From a virus (taxonomy: Duplodnaviria > Caudoviricetes): DNA of 56,476 bases. This document shows, in pieces, positions 1-9,891 of the stretch (position 1 is the first letter of the stretch; each line of letters opens with the position of its first letter). The stretch is from positions 1 to 56,476 of IMG/VR virus record IMGVR_UViG_3300037180_000017; one strand, given 5' to 3'. A program made the translations under genes and the position numbers. Under the pieces are notes generated by a model that saw only the letters and a list, made by a program, of their open reading frames with translations, was not told the DNA's origin and made no database searches.

Positions 1-2964
1 AGTCAGTGTGGTCTGATTACACACACCGCCGCCAGCGCCGATACATTCCCAGCGATCTGTAAATGTTCCGCAAACACTAGTACCAGATAATGCAAATGGT
101 CCCGTAAATGCGCTAACCGAGTTATAGGCGGGTGAAATATCGGCATCAGAACTGTTAGCGACGAAATCACCAGTCGCCATCGTATATTTGAGCGTTTGGA
201 TCGCGGCCTGGAGTTCATTGAGCAGATGTTCTCCAAAATAATCTCCAATCACAGCCTTGCCATAACGACGAACATAAGTTGGAAGATTGCCGTTTTGAGC
301 CGCAAGAAAATCCGCCGGCCCTGTCGTTGGCACACCATTGCGGGCAGTATCTGCCCCAGTTGGCTTGACCCAGCTACTTCCACTCCATTTCCAAATCGTT
401 CCAGTGAGCGGATCGCGGACGATATAAGTCCAGGGCAGTTGATTACCATCACTATCCGGGAACCCGCTACCGACCGTAACACCCACGATAGGTGTAAAGA
501 ATATTGTGTCGTCACTATTACCCGTGATTGTTGTGGTGTGCATTGTACCGCTCGGATCAATCAAAGTAAGAGTCCGACCTTTCCATCGGTTTAGCTGATA
601 AGGTTCCTGGATACGATATTGGAGGCCCGCGGCTGAAATAGTGAGCGGCTCGCTCCATGACACCGTGACCGCGGATGAGTTACTCGATGTGATAAGTCGC
701 TTTTCAATGACGGCGTTAGGATCAGTGAAACCGCTTCCAGAGATAAGTATCTCAACTGTGAACCCGACATAGGGGCCGGAGAACCCCACAAAACGTGCCG
801 CTTCCCAATAACAATGTGATTCAACTGTCTCGCTGCCAGGATAAGAGGAATCGACCTTACTAGAATCTGTAAGGCTCGTCGTACTTCCGCTGGTTGACGT
901 GCCGCTTTCAATCCGCATGGCAGCGCCGCCGAACCACTGAAAGTTAAACCAGTTTTGACTGATATCTCGAAGAAAGAAAGTATCCCCGATGGCGGTTGTT
1001 CCTCCACGAGACTTGTTTTTCTTGAATTGGTTTGCTGGAGAAAGCTGACCTGCAAAGAACCGATCCCAATAAGTTGCAACTGGGTCCACGCCGCTGTTCG
1101 TGCTAAGAAAGCTGTTAAGGCCGGCTTGTGTGGATGGATCGTTCCAATCGTCACCAGAATAACGAGCAAGATCGCCTTCCTGGAAAGAGTTCCACGAATT
1201 AGTTGTGTCTTCAACGGCGTAGCCTTGGGGCTGTGAATAGTCTGTTGTGACTTGTCTGCGATCAATGTAAGCCGTGGAAGCTCCCAGCTTGTAGTATTTA
1301 CCGCATCCAAAGCAAGACTTGAGCATCGAATCCCATTCTTCGGGAGCGCCGGGATCAATAGCGGTGGGCGGCGGTCCTGAAGCCACATCTGGGATGAAAA
1401 CGCCATCGTTGGCGAACATCCGCTTAAACTCTCGCGGCATGAAAGCTGACCACCCAAGAGAAATTATGATTGAACGCCCGTTATCAGGAATCGTTACCGA
1501 GCCACCAGACTGAGAAAAGCTACACTGCTCAGTGTAGAACGTATCTGAAATGTTCGTTCCAGTAAGAATGTATTCACCTGAGCTATAGCTCAAAACACCC
1601 CGTCCCGCGTTGCGGCTACCATCGCTGTGAGTAATGGAGAACCACACTTGCTGGGGGAGGACGTATGGGACAGATGAAAGGGAGACGTTGATCTGATTGT
1701 TCGATCCCCCATCTCCCACACCGACTACGCTTCCGGTCATACCTGTAAAGCTGTTGATCCCCGCTGCATTAAACATGATCGCGGGATTCCAAGTGGGAGG
1801 TGTGATGTTCCCACACGATACCGACGCATCACAATAGCTATCGCTTAGTTGCTCGACAGCCAGTTGCAAGCCCCGAATTGTCTTGAAAATATCAGGTGCG
1901 TAATAAGTGTCGTAGGGAGTTCCGCAAGGGTTGGAAATTGGGTCAAGAAGTTCGGCGTTTGTTCCAGTATTATAATCATTGTCCCAGGCAAGTTCCGGCA
2001 GTAGGCCGCAATCACCCTCGTCGTCAATAACATTGGGAACTCCGACTGTCTGACTCCCCCAAGTTACACCATCGGTATCGTCATTGGTTGGACGATGGCT
2101 TGACCACCCATCACCATGATACCCGCGATACCATTGGCGGGCATAGGATGGACCGCGATTAGGCCAACCACGAGCGTTATGAGTTAGAATGATGTAGTTA
2201 CTGCTGACTTCTGGAAGGATGCTTTGTGTAGCATAGGTGGCAGTCGTTTCGTCATTAGCGGTAATTATGAAGCGTTTGAGAAACCCATCTGTTCCGTAAA
2301 CCAAAATATCTCGTCCAACATGCTCGTTGACGACCCATGACTTATTTGGGTCATGGATGGTTGTGGCGTTTGGATAGGTGGTAGTTGTCATCCCCACTGT
2401 GACAGTGCTGGAAGCGATCACACCTCGCGCCCATTCATAGTCATTAGGCCATTCCAGAATACGATCCGCCGTCCACATGGCGTTATTTTCTTGAGAGATA
2501 ACTCCAAAAAAACGGTCTTCTAAACTGGCGACACTGGGGATAACACCAGCGGTTACAAAATCGCGGATATTATTAAAGGTGAAAACCCCCTCATCCGTCC
2601 AACTATCGATCTGGGTCTTGACTTGTTGCTCATAAGTTCCGTTATCAAAGACAAGATAGTAGGTGAATGAACTGCCAAGCCACCCCTCTTCTGGACAGGG
2701 GGTACAGGTCCACGGGGGGCATACGTTACCGCTGGTGTCATCTGAACCCCCACACCAAGGAAGCGAAGGCATTGACGACGCTACGGTCATGGTTGTTTCA
2801 GTAACTGATCCTGCAACACCTTCAACCCAAGCGTGATTAGGAGGGGGCCAAAAACACTGTCCAGCAGCCTTGGCTCGTTCTGCAATAGCATAATCGAATT
2901 GGCGAAGATTCGGCCAGTATTCGACCAAGCTGCCGGGTGATTCTGGAAGAGCTATCCAGCCCAT
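1..2964 (-). CDS. Large Cys-rich tail/receptor-binding protein, 5' part (988 codons; continues across the origin)
   Basis: Hand translation from ATG 2964 (MGWIALPESPGSLVEYWPNLRQFDYAIAERAK...) is open to base 1 (...GGGVCNQTTLT). It is absent from the ORF track because no stop occurs before the edge. It lies at the distal end of the tail module. Confidence 0.85.
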   Translation of the reverse strand, partial: MGWIALPESPGSLVEYWPNLRQFDYAIAERAKAAGQCFWPPPNHAWVEGVAGSVTETTMTVASSMPSLPWCGGSDDTSGNVCPPWTCTPCPEEGWLGSSFTYYLVFDNGTYEQQVKTQIDSWTDEGVFTFNNIRDFVTAGVIPSVASLEDRFFGVISQENNAMWTADRILEWPNDYEWARGVIASSTVTVGMTTTTYPNATTIHDPNKSWVVNEHVGRDILVYGTDGFLKRFIITANDETTATYATQSILPEVSSNYIILTHNARGWPNRGPSYARQWYRGYHGDGWSSHRPTNDDTDGVTWGSQTVGVPNVIDDEGDCGLLPELAWDNDYNTGTNAELLDPISNPCGTPYDTYYAPDIFKTIRGLQLAVEQLSDSYCDASVSCGNITPPTWNPAIMFNAAGINSFTGMTGSVVGVGDGGSNNQINVSLSSVPYVLPQQVWFSITHSDGSRNAGRGVLSYSSGEYILTGTNISDTFYTEQCSFSQSGGSVTIPDNGRSIIISLGWSAFMPREFKRMFANDGVFIPDVASGPPPTAIDPGAPEEWDSMLKSCFGCGKYYKLGASTAYIDRRQVTTDYSQPQGYAVEDTTNSWNSFQEGDLARYSGDDWNDPSTQAGLNSFLSTNSGVDPVATYWDRFFAGQLSPANQFKKNKSRGGTTAIGDTFFLRDISQNWFNFQWFGGAAMRIESGTSTSGSTTSLTDSSKVDSSYPGSETVESHCYWEAARFVGFSGPYVGFTVEILISGSGFTDPNAVIEKRLITSSNSSAVTVSWSEPLTISAAGLQYRIQEPYQLNRWKGRTLTLIDPSGTMHTTTITGNSDDTIFFTPIVGVTVGSGFPDSDGNQLPWTYIVRDPLTGTIWKWSGSSWVKPTGADTARNGVPTTGPADFLAAQNGNLPTYVRRYGKAVIGDYFGEHLLNELQAAIQTLKYTMATGDFVANSSDADISPAYNSVSAFTGPFALSGTSVCGTFTDRWECIGAGGGVCNQTTLT
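2..127. repeat. Terminal direct repeat, left copy (circular assembly overlap)
   Basis: Bases 2-127 are identical to 56351-56476. Base 1 (A) differs from 56350 (C). Confidence 0.95.
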
Positions 2965-2994
2965 TGAGAGAGGTTTCCAAAAATTCTGGAGGGA

Positions 2995-3612
2995 CTAACT
3001 GTTCGAGTTCATCAGAGGTCCGAGCCGAGCATAGTCCCAGCCACGGACATTTTGAGCCACCATTTGTGGGTTCATGTATTGATACTGACCGTAACCCATG
3101 TCAGTGCAATACATGATGAACTGTGGAGCAAGTAGAGAGGGGTCCGATCCAATGCCGCGAATTGGATAAATCAAAACTGGAGTTCCGACACGTAAAATAT
3201 GTGTGCCATCCATCGCAGGACCGCCAGGCTGACGTTCAGACAAGTTAGTGACGGGAAAAATGACAGTCTGTTGGTTGTATGTCGTACTGCTGCTTGGCGC
3301 TTTAGGTAGATTGAGTAAGTCAACAATCTGATCCCACTTACCCCCCACCAGATAATCAAGCTGGACCCAGTACATTTCGTAATTGGAATCGCTTTCTCCG
3401 TTAGGGCCGGCAGATGTGACCTCTCCAGCTAAACCTTCAGAGATTGGAGTAGGTCTAGGGAGCAAAACGGTACTTCCGTTGGGCATCGTACTGATGCCAC
3501 CACCAAGAACCCCTAGATTTCCGGCACGCCCGATCCCAAGTCCTTCATTGAGATGAGACGCCGAAAACGGATCACCCTGTTTCCACGGAACTGGTTGTCG
3601 AGTTTGTGCCAT
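2995..3612 (-). CDS. Putative minor tail protein
   Basis: 205-aa ORF tightly packed in the tail module. Function inferred from position. Confidence 0.6.
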   Translation of the reverse strand: MAQTRQPVPWKQGDPFSASHLNEGLGIGRAGNLGVLGGGISTMPNGSTVLLPRPTPISEGLAGEVTSAGPNGESDSNYEMYWVQLDYLVGGKWDQIVDLLNLPKAPSSSTTYNQQTVIFPVTNLSERQPGGPAMDGTHILRVGTPVLIYPIRGIGSDPSLLAPQFIMYCTDMGYGQYQYMNPQMVAQNVRGWDYARLGPLMNSNS

Positions 3613-3614
3613 GA

Positions 3615-4478
3615 TTAAGGAGTTGTTGGAGTGGGGTAAGCGCTTGTATAAGGAGTGTCTGCGATTCCAAAAACGCTATAAAAATCAACCATTGGAAATC
3701 TCCCCAATCTAACTACACCAGAACAAGTGGTGGTGTCAGGGGTTCCGTAAGTATAAGCATTTGTGATAAGGGTGTTGAACTTCACAGGATCGATATATAC
3801 GGCCTCTCCGCGAAAATCTTCCATGTAATCGAATGATGACCAATCATATATCGTCTGGGTAGAAAACGTAACATTGTAAGTGTTAGTTATCCCATTATCT
3901 TGAGATTGACCATCTATATCGGTTACTAACCAATACCCCGGCGGAAGACCCTGCCAGTTTACTTGATTTACTGACCTTATGGCCGACTCTACTGCCGCAG
4001 ACGCCTCGAAATTAACTGTTCGGGTGAACGTCAAGCTACGAACTGGAAGAAAGTCACGAAAATGACATAGTTTCGGAATGGTTGGAGGTGTGCCTTCTGC
4101 AGCATTTGGGTTTTTCCAGATATTGTAAACCGGCTGCATCGTGGAAGGGTTGAGAAAGCTGTCGATCTGTTGAAGTGTTGTGTGATCTCGAATGCCGATT
4201 GCACCCATCCAACGATAAACGGTAAAAAGACGCCAAGTAAGAGTGTTCACCGGCTTAACAGATCGGCTTAGGCAAATCCAGTCTGGATATGAGCTATTTA
4301 TCGGCTGACCCTCTTGTGGACAACCAGATAAAGCGAATGGGTTCCAGATGATGCTGGTGTCAGCGACTACAGGTAAATCGGCAGAAGTGAGTTTGATTAA
4401 GCCAGTACGGACATAGTATCCCGACATGGTAGATTTATTCAGTTCCGCCCCACTCACTGTATCCATGTCTAATCGCAT
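3615..4478 (-). CDS. Putative distal tail/hub protein
   Basis: 287-aa beta-rich ORF directly after the tape measure gene. Confidence 0.6.
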   Translation of the reverse strand: MRLDMDTVSGAELNKSTMSGYYVRTGLIKLTSADLPVVADTSIIWNPFALSGCPQEGQPINSSYPDWICLSRSVKPVNTLTWRLFTVYRWMGAIGIRDHTTLQQIDSFLNPSTMQPVYNIWKNPNAAEGTPPTIPKLCHFRDFLPVRSLTFTRTVNFEASAAVESAIRSVNQVNWQGLPPGYWLVTDIDGQSQDNGITNTYNVTFSTQTIYDWSSFDYMEDFRGEAVYIDPVKFNTLITNAYTYGTPDTTTCSGVVRLGRFPMVDFYSVFGIADTPYTSAYPTPTTP

Positions 4479-4508
4479 AATGTTCTCACTTCCAAAAGTT
4501 CTGGAAGA

Positions 4509-7028
4509 TTAAGGCTGTGCCCGTAAAGCCCCACCAGTTGTAAGAGCTTCGAGAATCCGGTTTAGAAGCCCTGAAACGTTGTCTCCCATTTTTCCCGTAC
4601 CTTCAGAACTAGTGGAAATATCATATTTACCGATATCACCTTTAAGCTGCTGGATTCCTTCGTCAAAAGCCTTTATTACGTTCTCGGGGCTGGAGCTATC
4701 TTTATTTCCGACAGGAATCTCCCAAGGGCTTGCTGAAACCATGTGTAGCCCACGAATATAGTCTGCTTTTGATGTCCCAAGGTCGTTAATCCCGGTCTGG
4801 CGGGCAGAGTCGGCAAAGTTTTGGCGCGCGCTTTGCGAGATGGAACTATCCCGCAGATATCCTTCCGCTTCTAATTCGCTGCCACCAACGATCTGAGCCA
4901 CATCAGCCTGGCGACTGATCATGTCTGCACCCGGACCAAAGGCTTGTGCACGCATTCCGGAAACACGTTGTCGAAGTGCCAAGCTACCACCCATTGCCTC
5001 CTGGCGATCTGTTTGACGTCTCTCATTTACAGCACGATCTGCATTGGCAGCTGCAGTCGCAGCGTCCCGGTTCTCTGGAGGGAGACGTTGAATATCACGC
5101 AAAGCGGCATTAAACCGTGCGGTACGAACTTCTTCCGGGTCTCGGTCAAGTATCCCCTGATTCGCTTCTGCGGATTCTGTGAAACGACTTTTTTGTTGGG
5201 CTAACGATCCTTCTGTTTCTGTGTTGATGTTGTAAGTTGCGTCATCAATGTCTTTAGTTCGTCGGCTTTGAGCGGAGTTTATTTCTCGTTCCTTAGCGCC
5301 GGCGAGTTCGGGATGATGAACCTGAACGTCCCGTAGTTCTTTCCGCTCTTGGTCCCGGCGGTTCTGCTCATCAAAACGAAGTTGCTGAATGCGGCGGGAA
5401 CTTTGAAACCTGGGATCATAATAATCGCCAGAATCTGCCCGAATTAAAGTGCTGGATTGCTGATCATTCAAAGCAGCGGTGGCATTTGTGAGCATGTTGG
5501 ATTCGTTGGCATCACGATGGGCTTCCCATGTTTGAATGCCCGAACCAGTATTGATCTGATTTACATCCTGGTTATACCTTACCGAGACATCATTGCGAGC
5601 TTTAGTGACTGTTTGATTGATCGCATGATATTGAGCAATCTCATTAGGTCTTGCTTGTGGGTTAAGATTGTTCAAAATGGAGTCGGGAGACACCCCCATT
5701 GACACCATCCACTGATAGCCCATGCCCACAACCAAATCCATCTTCGCTTTATCGGCATCTTTCTGAAGTGCCGTCATATCAGTGGTCATTCTCTTTCGAG
5801 CGTCATCAACATCACTTAGTCGTTTTGTCTCTACTCCAGCCAGATCACGTTCCAGCCCCTGACGGCTAGACAACACTCCCACTTGGCGGCGAATTTGCAG
5901 CCGTGCCTGACTTAATGACTCTCTGGTTGCTCCTTGCTCGTCATCAAATTGGGAAGTGGTGATTGCACCTTGGATCGCGGTGGCGTTCCCGGTCATTAAG
6001 TCAGAGATGCCCAAACCCAAAGACCCAATGCCAAACGGAATGGCGGAAGCATACGCTTGTTGCTCGCCCTGTATCATCTGAAGTAACGATATAGGATTAC
6101 CGTTAGTGGTAATCGCTCTAGCGCCACTTTGGCTTGCGAGGCTTACAGTCTGGGACACTGACCGGATCGCCTCCATTAACAGGAAACGTTTATAAAATAC
6201 TCCAAGACCGCCTTTGCCCCCTTTACCCCCTTTACCCGGAGCATCTTCTTCTTCTCCTTCTCTTCCAGAATCGAAGAAGTTCTGGAAAGAACCCAGTCTG
6301 TCTTCCTTTGCAGTAGTTAGTTCTTCAAGATCTTCGGCGCGCTGTTCGGCTGTCTGGCGATATAAATCGGCATTTGGCCCGTATCCGGGAGCGTAGCCTT
6401 CTTCTCGTTCAATCGTTAAATTTCTGTTCTTTTGGATGCGACGGGCATGGGCGAATTTACCGGGGAGTGATCTATTAGAACTGCTGTCGTAAGGAGCAGC
6501 CACATCATAATCTTCTGGAGAAGTGGAAAAATCAAATGGTACTCCGCCACGCCCTGATTTTGTATCCTCCACGAAACGAGCATGTCGTTCTTCGCCCTGT
6601 GCCCAGGAAGTGACGCTGGATTCCCAGTCCTGCGAATACTCATTACGACGATATCCCCGGCGCACCCGAGCTGTAGAAGTGTTGTGATAGCCTTCAGCGT
6701 CGAACGCACCACCACCAGACGGGCCACGGATATTGCCCCAAGTGCCAACAACAGAAGTTAAAGCCGCTGTGGAGGATGCCCGCTTGCGGCTAGGTATGTT
6801 TAATTCTCCCTCCAGAGAAAATCGTGATGTGTCCCGATCGTAGGCAGATTCTTGATCGCGGGTTCCGCGGCGACGAGAGGCTTCAGAAGCGGATGTGCCG
6901 GGCGTTGTCCCTGCCGTTTGGAATGTAAGGTCTGATACGGCTTGGCGTGTGTTTTCGATCGCCTTTGATGAATCAATCACCAGCTTGGCGTAAAGAACCA
7001 TTTCTTCAGAGCCGCCTGATTCGGCCAT
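4509..7028 (-). CDS. Tape measure protein
   Basis: 839-aa helical A/Q/R-rich ORF right after the frameshifting chaperone. The N-terminus 'LYAKLVIDSSKA' is TMP-like. Confidence 0.75.
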   Translation of the reverse strand: MAESGGSEEMVLYAKLVIDSSKAIENTRQAVSDLTFQTAGTTPGTSASEASRRRGTRDQESAYDRDTSRFSLEGELNIPSRKRASSTAALTSVVGTWGNIRGPSGGGAFDAEGYHNTSTARVRRGYRRNEYSQDWESSVTSWAQGEERHARFVEDTKSGRGGVPFDFSTSPEDYDVAAPYDSSSNRSLPGKFAHARRIQKNRNLTIEREEGYAPGYGPNADLYRQTAEQRAEDLEELTTAKEDRLGSFQNFFDSGREGEEEDAPGKGGKGGKGGLGVFYKRFLLMEAIRSVSQTVSLASQSGARAITTNGNPISLLQMIQGEQQAYASAIPFGIGSLGLGISDLMTGNATAIQGAITTSQFDDEQGATRESLSQARLQIRRQVGVLSSRQGLERDLAGVETKRLSDVDDARKRMTTDMTALQKDADKAKMDLVVGMGYQWMVSMGVSPDSILNNLNPQARPNEIAQYHAINQTVTKARNDVSVRYNQDVNQINTGSGIQTWEAHRDANESNMLTNATAALNDQQSSTLIRADSGDYYDPRFQSSRRIQQLRFDEQNRRDQERKELRDVQVHHPELAGAKEREINSAQSRRTKDIDDATYNINTETEGSLAQQKSRFTESAEANQGILDRDPEEVRTARFNAALRDIQRLPPENRDAATAAANADRAVNERRQTDRQEAMGGSLALRQRVSGMRAQAFGPGADMISRQADVAQIVGGSELEAEGYLRDSSISQSARQNFADSARQTGINDLGTSKADYIRGLHMVSASPWEIPVGNKDSSSPENVIKAFDEGIQQLKGDIGKYDISTSSEGTGKMGDNVSGLLNRILEALTTGGALRAQP

Positions 7029-7031
7029 GAC

Positions 7032-7328
7032 CTACTCCTCGCTGTCTTCGCCGTTGTCATCGGCGAAAGGATTTTTGTAGTAACTGGGAAGCTGGTACTG
7101 CATCATAATCAGTTGGTTCTCGTCCTGGGTCCGGGCATGTAAGCGATCCTGATCTGTCCAACGATCGTCAAGATAAGCTCGTGTAATACCCGCCAAGCTC
7201 AGATATCCTTCAAACACACCGATCGTACATGAAAGAGGATCAAGGCCGGAATATGCCTGCCGGAACTCGGCAAAAACCGCAAGCCAGTTAAAAGCTAGAG
7301 CTTGGGTGCGCCGCCGGCAGTGGAGGAT
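7032..7328 (-). CDS. Tail assembly chaperone -1 frameshift extension (T-like)
   Basis: The -1 frame from the heptamer is open (ILHCRRRTQALAFNWLAVFAEFRQAYSGLDPLSCTIGVFEGYL...) and joins ORF 7032..7217. Confidence 0.7.
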   Translation of the reverse strand: MLHCRRRTQALAFNWLAVFAEFRQAYSGLDPLSCTIGVFEGYLSLAGITRAYLDDRWTDQDRLHARTQDENQLIMMQYQLPSYYKNPFADDNGEDSEE

Positions 7329-7858
7329 AAAGGGTCTTCATCTTCATCCTTGTCGTCGTCGATTGAATTACCGGGCATCGGCGGCGGTGCTACCGCTGAA
7401 GTGTCTTGTAGGTCAGCCAGCTTCCATGCCAGTTCGGTGAGCGTGCCTGACGAGCTTCCCGATAATACTCGTTCCAACAACTTTTCAAGTAGCCCATCTG
7501 AATCGTTTGTAATCTCGTTCCCGCGAGACCACTGACTGCCGATGTAATCCATCTCGAACACCCGTCCTCTGGGAAAGACAGAAGATACCACATCTTTCGC
7601 CCCGTCCAGTGCTGCAATGGATCGCTTCAAATCACCAAGCGTAGGAGAGATGGCAGGGTGCATGGAGCCGTATTCCCTGATTTGCTGTGGTGTCATATCC
7701 TTGGTTTCGCTGGCTCGCCATTTTTCGACCAAGACCGATCCGAAATTGATAGCGTCTTGAAGCGTATATTTTGGAAGAACAACCTCATATTGGGGTTGCC
7801 CTTTCTCATTAGCGACCACGACCGGAAACGGAGCTTGAGCAACCTGAAGCAAAAACAT
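7295..7858 (-). CDS. Tail assembly chaperone (G-like)
   Basis: Lies between tube and TMP, with an acidic C-terminus and slippery heptamer C-CCT-TTA at 7334-7328. Confidence 0.75.
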   Translation of the reverse strand: MFLLQVAQAPFPVVVANEKGQPQYEVVLPKYTLQDAINFGSVLVEKWRASETKDMTPQQIREYGSMHPAISPTLGDLKRSIAALDGAKDVVSSVFPRGRVFEMDYIGSQWSRGNEITNDSDGLLEKLLERVLSGSSSGTLTELAWKLADLQDTSAVAPPPMPGNSIDDDKDEDEDPLSSTAGGAPKL

Positions 7859-7900
7859 GAAGTCTCCTTTGCAGTGAAATTTGCCGGCAAGACAAATGGG

Positions 7901-8335
7901 TCACAGCACCCACGTTAGAAAATATATACCGTTGGATAAGAATCGTCCACCGATACGGCAATTCTGGTTCACGAGTCGGTCACAGCTTGCCTCTGTGAAA
8001 TTGGCCGTTAATGAGAGAACACAGCCCGTGCTGAAAGTAGCTACGACCGAAACATCTTGAGGTGCTGGAATAAGCGGCCCAGACGCCGGACCACCTTTCT
8101 TACCGACGCCTAAGATTTCACCCACGATCTGCGATCGTCCCGGTTCCTGAGCCGCCACACCCTCGATACTGAAAGTATCGGCCGTTGTCATCTCATTGAC
8201 TTCACGGACACGGATCATGTCCAGCACAACACGATAGTCAATGGTGTTCATGCCGTTATCGATCGTGAAGCTGGCACTTCCATCCCTGCCGTTGATGGTT
8301 TTGGAAGTCGTATCCAATAATACAGGACTAGCCAT
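7901..8335 (-). CDS. Putative major tail tube protein
   Basis: 144-aa beta-rich ORF immediately before the chaperone. Confidence 0.6.
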   Translation of the reverse strand: MASPVLLDTTSKTINGRDGSASFTIDNGMNTIDYRVVLDMIRVREVNEMTTADTFSIEGVAAQEPGRSQIVGEILGVGKKGGPASGPLIPAPQDVSVVATFSTGCVLSLTANFTEASCDRLVNQNCRIGGRFLSNGIYFLTWVL

Positions 8336-8344
8336 GATGATCTC

Positions 8345-8785
8345 CTAAAGCGAAACCGGATGGCCGGCTTCAAAAGTTTCTGCGAATAAATCTCTCAAAT
8401 CGCCGCCGTGCTCCACCAGCTCGTCAAAGGACGCTCCCCAATAAGGTCGAGGTTCAAGGTTGATCTTTTCAAATCCCTTTTCCAAAGCCCTCGCATATTC
8501 CGCGTCAGTAAAAACAGTCACGGATGCCACACCATCTTCGTAGGTCACTTCCGTAGCTCTGATTGATCTTTGCAAACCCTCCACACCACGACGGGCAGCT
8601 ATCCTATCGTCTTTACAAGGCGGTTCTCCTGGAGAAGATCGAATGATCCCGTGATCCGTGTATTCGACGGAAACGTCAATTAGCTCCTGAATCCGATCCA
8701 CATGCTGCTGAGCAAATTCAGTCAAAGCATGTATTGCTGACTGCCGTAAACGAGATTCCAATGCAGCTATAAACTGCTCATTCAT
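8345..8785 (-). CDS. HK97 gp10-like neck/tail-completion protein
   Basis: Motifs 'SSPGEPP..GLQRSI', 'TDAEYARALEKG', 'EPRPYW'. Confidence 0.75.
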   Translation of the reverse strand: MNEQFIAALESRLRQSAIHALTEFAQQHVDRIQELIDVSVEYTDHGIIRSSPGEPPCKDDRIAARRGVEGLQRSIRATEVTYEDGVASVTVFTDAEYARALEKGFEKINLEPRPYWGASFDELVEHGGDLRDLFAETFEAGHPVSL

Positions 8786-9273
8786 AGTTTTGAGGTGTTT
8801 GTGGTAGCGGGATCCGGATTCGCTGCATTGACCACCGGAGTTGTTGACGGGATCGAAGTGACGGTTAGCGGCGGCGACAGCAATGCAGGCGGCTTGTTAG
8901 CTGGATTCACATCAACTTGAACATCCTGATCATCATCTGTGACCGCAGCTTGTTCAGTGAACTTCTTGGCTTCGTCCGATTTCAAATCCGGGAATGGGTT
9001 GTTGGCATCACCGTGGATTTCGATCATCTCGCGGGTAAGCGGTGGTAGATTTTCCTTTTTCAGTTGTGTGACCCCAGACGCCGCAACCTTGGCGATCTCG
9101 CTGCGATGAAGAATCTTCACTTTTTTGGCTTTGCCGCGGAAGTGATTATGCTTCACCAGATGATCGGCAAGCATTTCCGCAGTCACATCCGGTACTCCGC
9201 CAACTCCGCACCCATGCAGGCGCTTGTTGCCTTTGTGATCCGTGACCTCAAGAATAAAAGTGTTGAGCGCCAT
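8782..9273 (-). CDS. Hypothetical protein (head-tail region)
   Basis: 163-aa ORF coupled to its neighbours. Confidence 0.55.
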   Translation of the reverse strand: MALNTFILEVTDHKGNKRLHGCGVGGVPDVTAEMLADHLVKHNHFRGKAKKVKILHRSEIAKVAASGVTQLKKENLPPLTREMIEIHGDANNPFPDLKSDEAKKFTEQAAVTDDDQDVQVDVNPANKPPALLSPPLTVTSIPSTTPVVNAANPDPATTNTSKL

Positions 9274-9275
9274 GA

Positions 9276-9824
9276 TTAGTCTTCACTTTCTGGGGGAGTA
9301 GTGCCCCCGGTTAGTTGAGAGCCGTCAATCTGATAGCTGACGGTGATCTTGATTTTTACTGTGATTTGTCTCGACCCCGTTTCACTGTCACGATTCTCAG
9401 TCTGTTTGAATGAGGCTGTCGCTTTGGTTACATACGGCAGACCGAGCTTAGCTCCCAATCTCCGAACCGCGTTAATCGACTCCATTGCCAGCGGACTATA
9501 AACGTCCAGCCCAAGCTGATCGCTCAGAACTGTAAGTTCATATTCTTCTGTTGACGTTTCCAGCCAATCTGGAGGGGGATCGTCGGAGTAAGTAGCGAAC
9601 GTTACATCCCCGGATTGCAGATCGGTGTTTCCAGATAGTGGCCCTTCCAAGATCGCTTGCGGATAATCTCCAGCATCCGTTTCAAGCTCTTCAGGATCTT
9701 GATCTCCCTCAACCACATCATAATGCTTGAAGTTCCGTGCCAACACCGGCCAATCAGGATCGCCTAGCAGCCCCTGTACTAGAGCGACGTATATTTCCTT
9801 GGAGATGTTTCGTGCGGCCGGCAT
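9276..9824 (-). CDS. Putative tail terminator/completion protein
   Basis: Acidic 182-aa ORF with 'GDYPQAILE' and a terminal beta-strand. Call rests largely on position. Confidence 0.55.
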   Translation of the reverse strand: MPAARNISKEIYVALVQGLLGDPDWPVLARNFKHYDVVEGDQDPEELETDAGDYPQAILEGPLSGNTDLQSGDVTFATYSDDPPPDWLETSTEEYELTVLSDQLGLDVYSPLAMESINAVRRLGAKLGLPYVTKATASFKQTENRDSETGSRQITVKIKITVSYQIDGSQLTGGTTPPESED

Positions 9825-9832
9825 TGAAAATT

Positions 9833-9874
9833 ACTCGGAGAGCGGAACGCTGCTGTGACTTCCGCTCTCCGAGT
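9833..9874 (-). terminator. Strong hairpin, likely intrinsic terminator after the capsid genes
   Basis: 15-bp perfect stem ACTCGGAGAGCGGAA / TTCCGCTCTCCGAGT with a 12-nt loop, followed on the minus strand by AATTTT. Confidence 0.65.
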
Positions 9875-9891
9875 GCAAAGAAGAACTCCAG

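Noticed and set aside
1-2990. Apparent 3-kb coding desert or alternative genetic code
   Set aside because: A standard-code minus frame is open from 2964 off the window edge. The short ORFs listed here are shadows of it.
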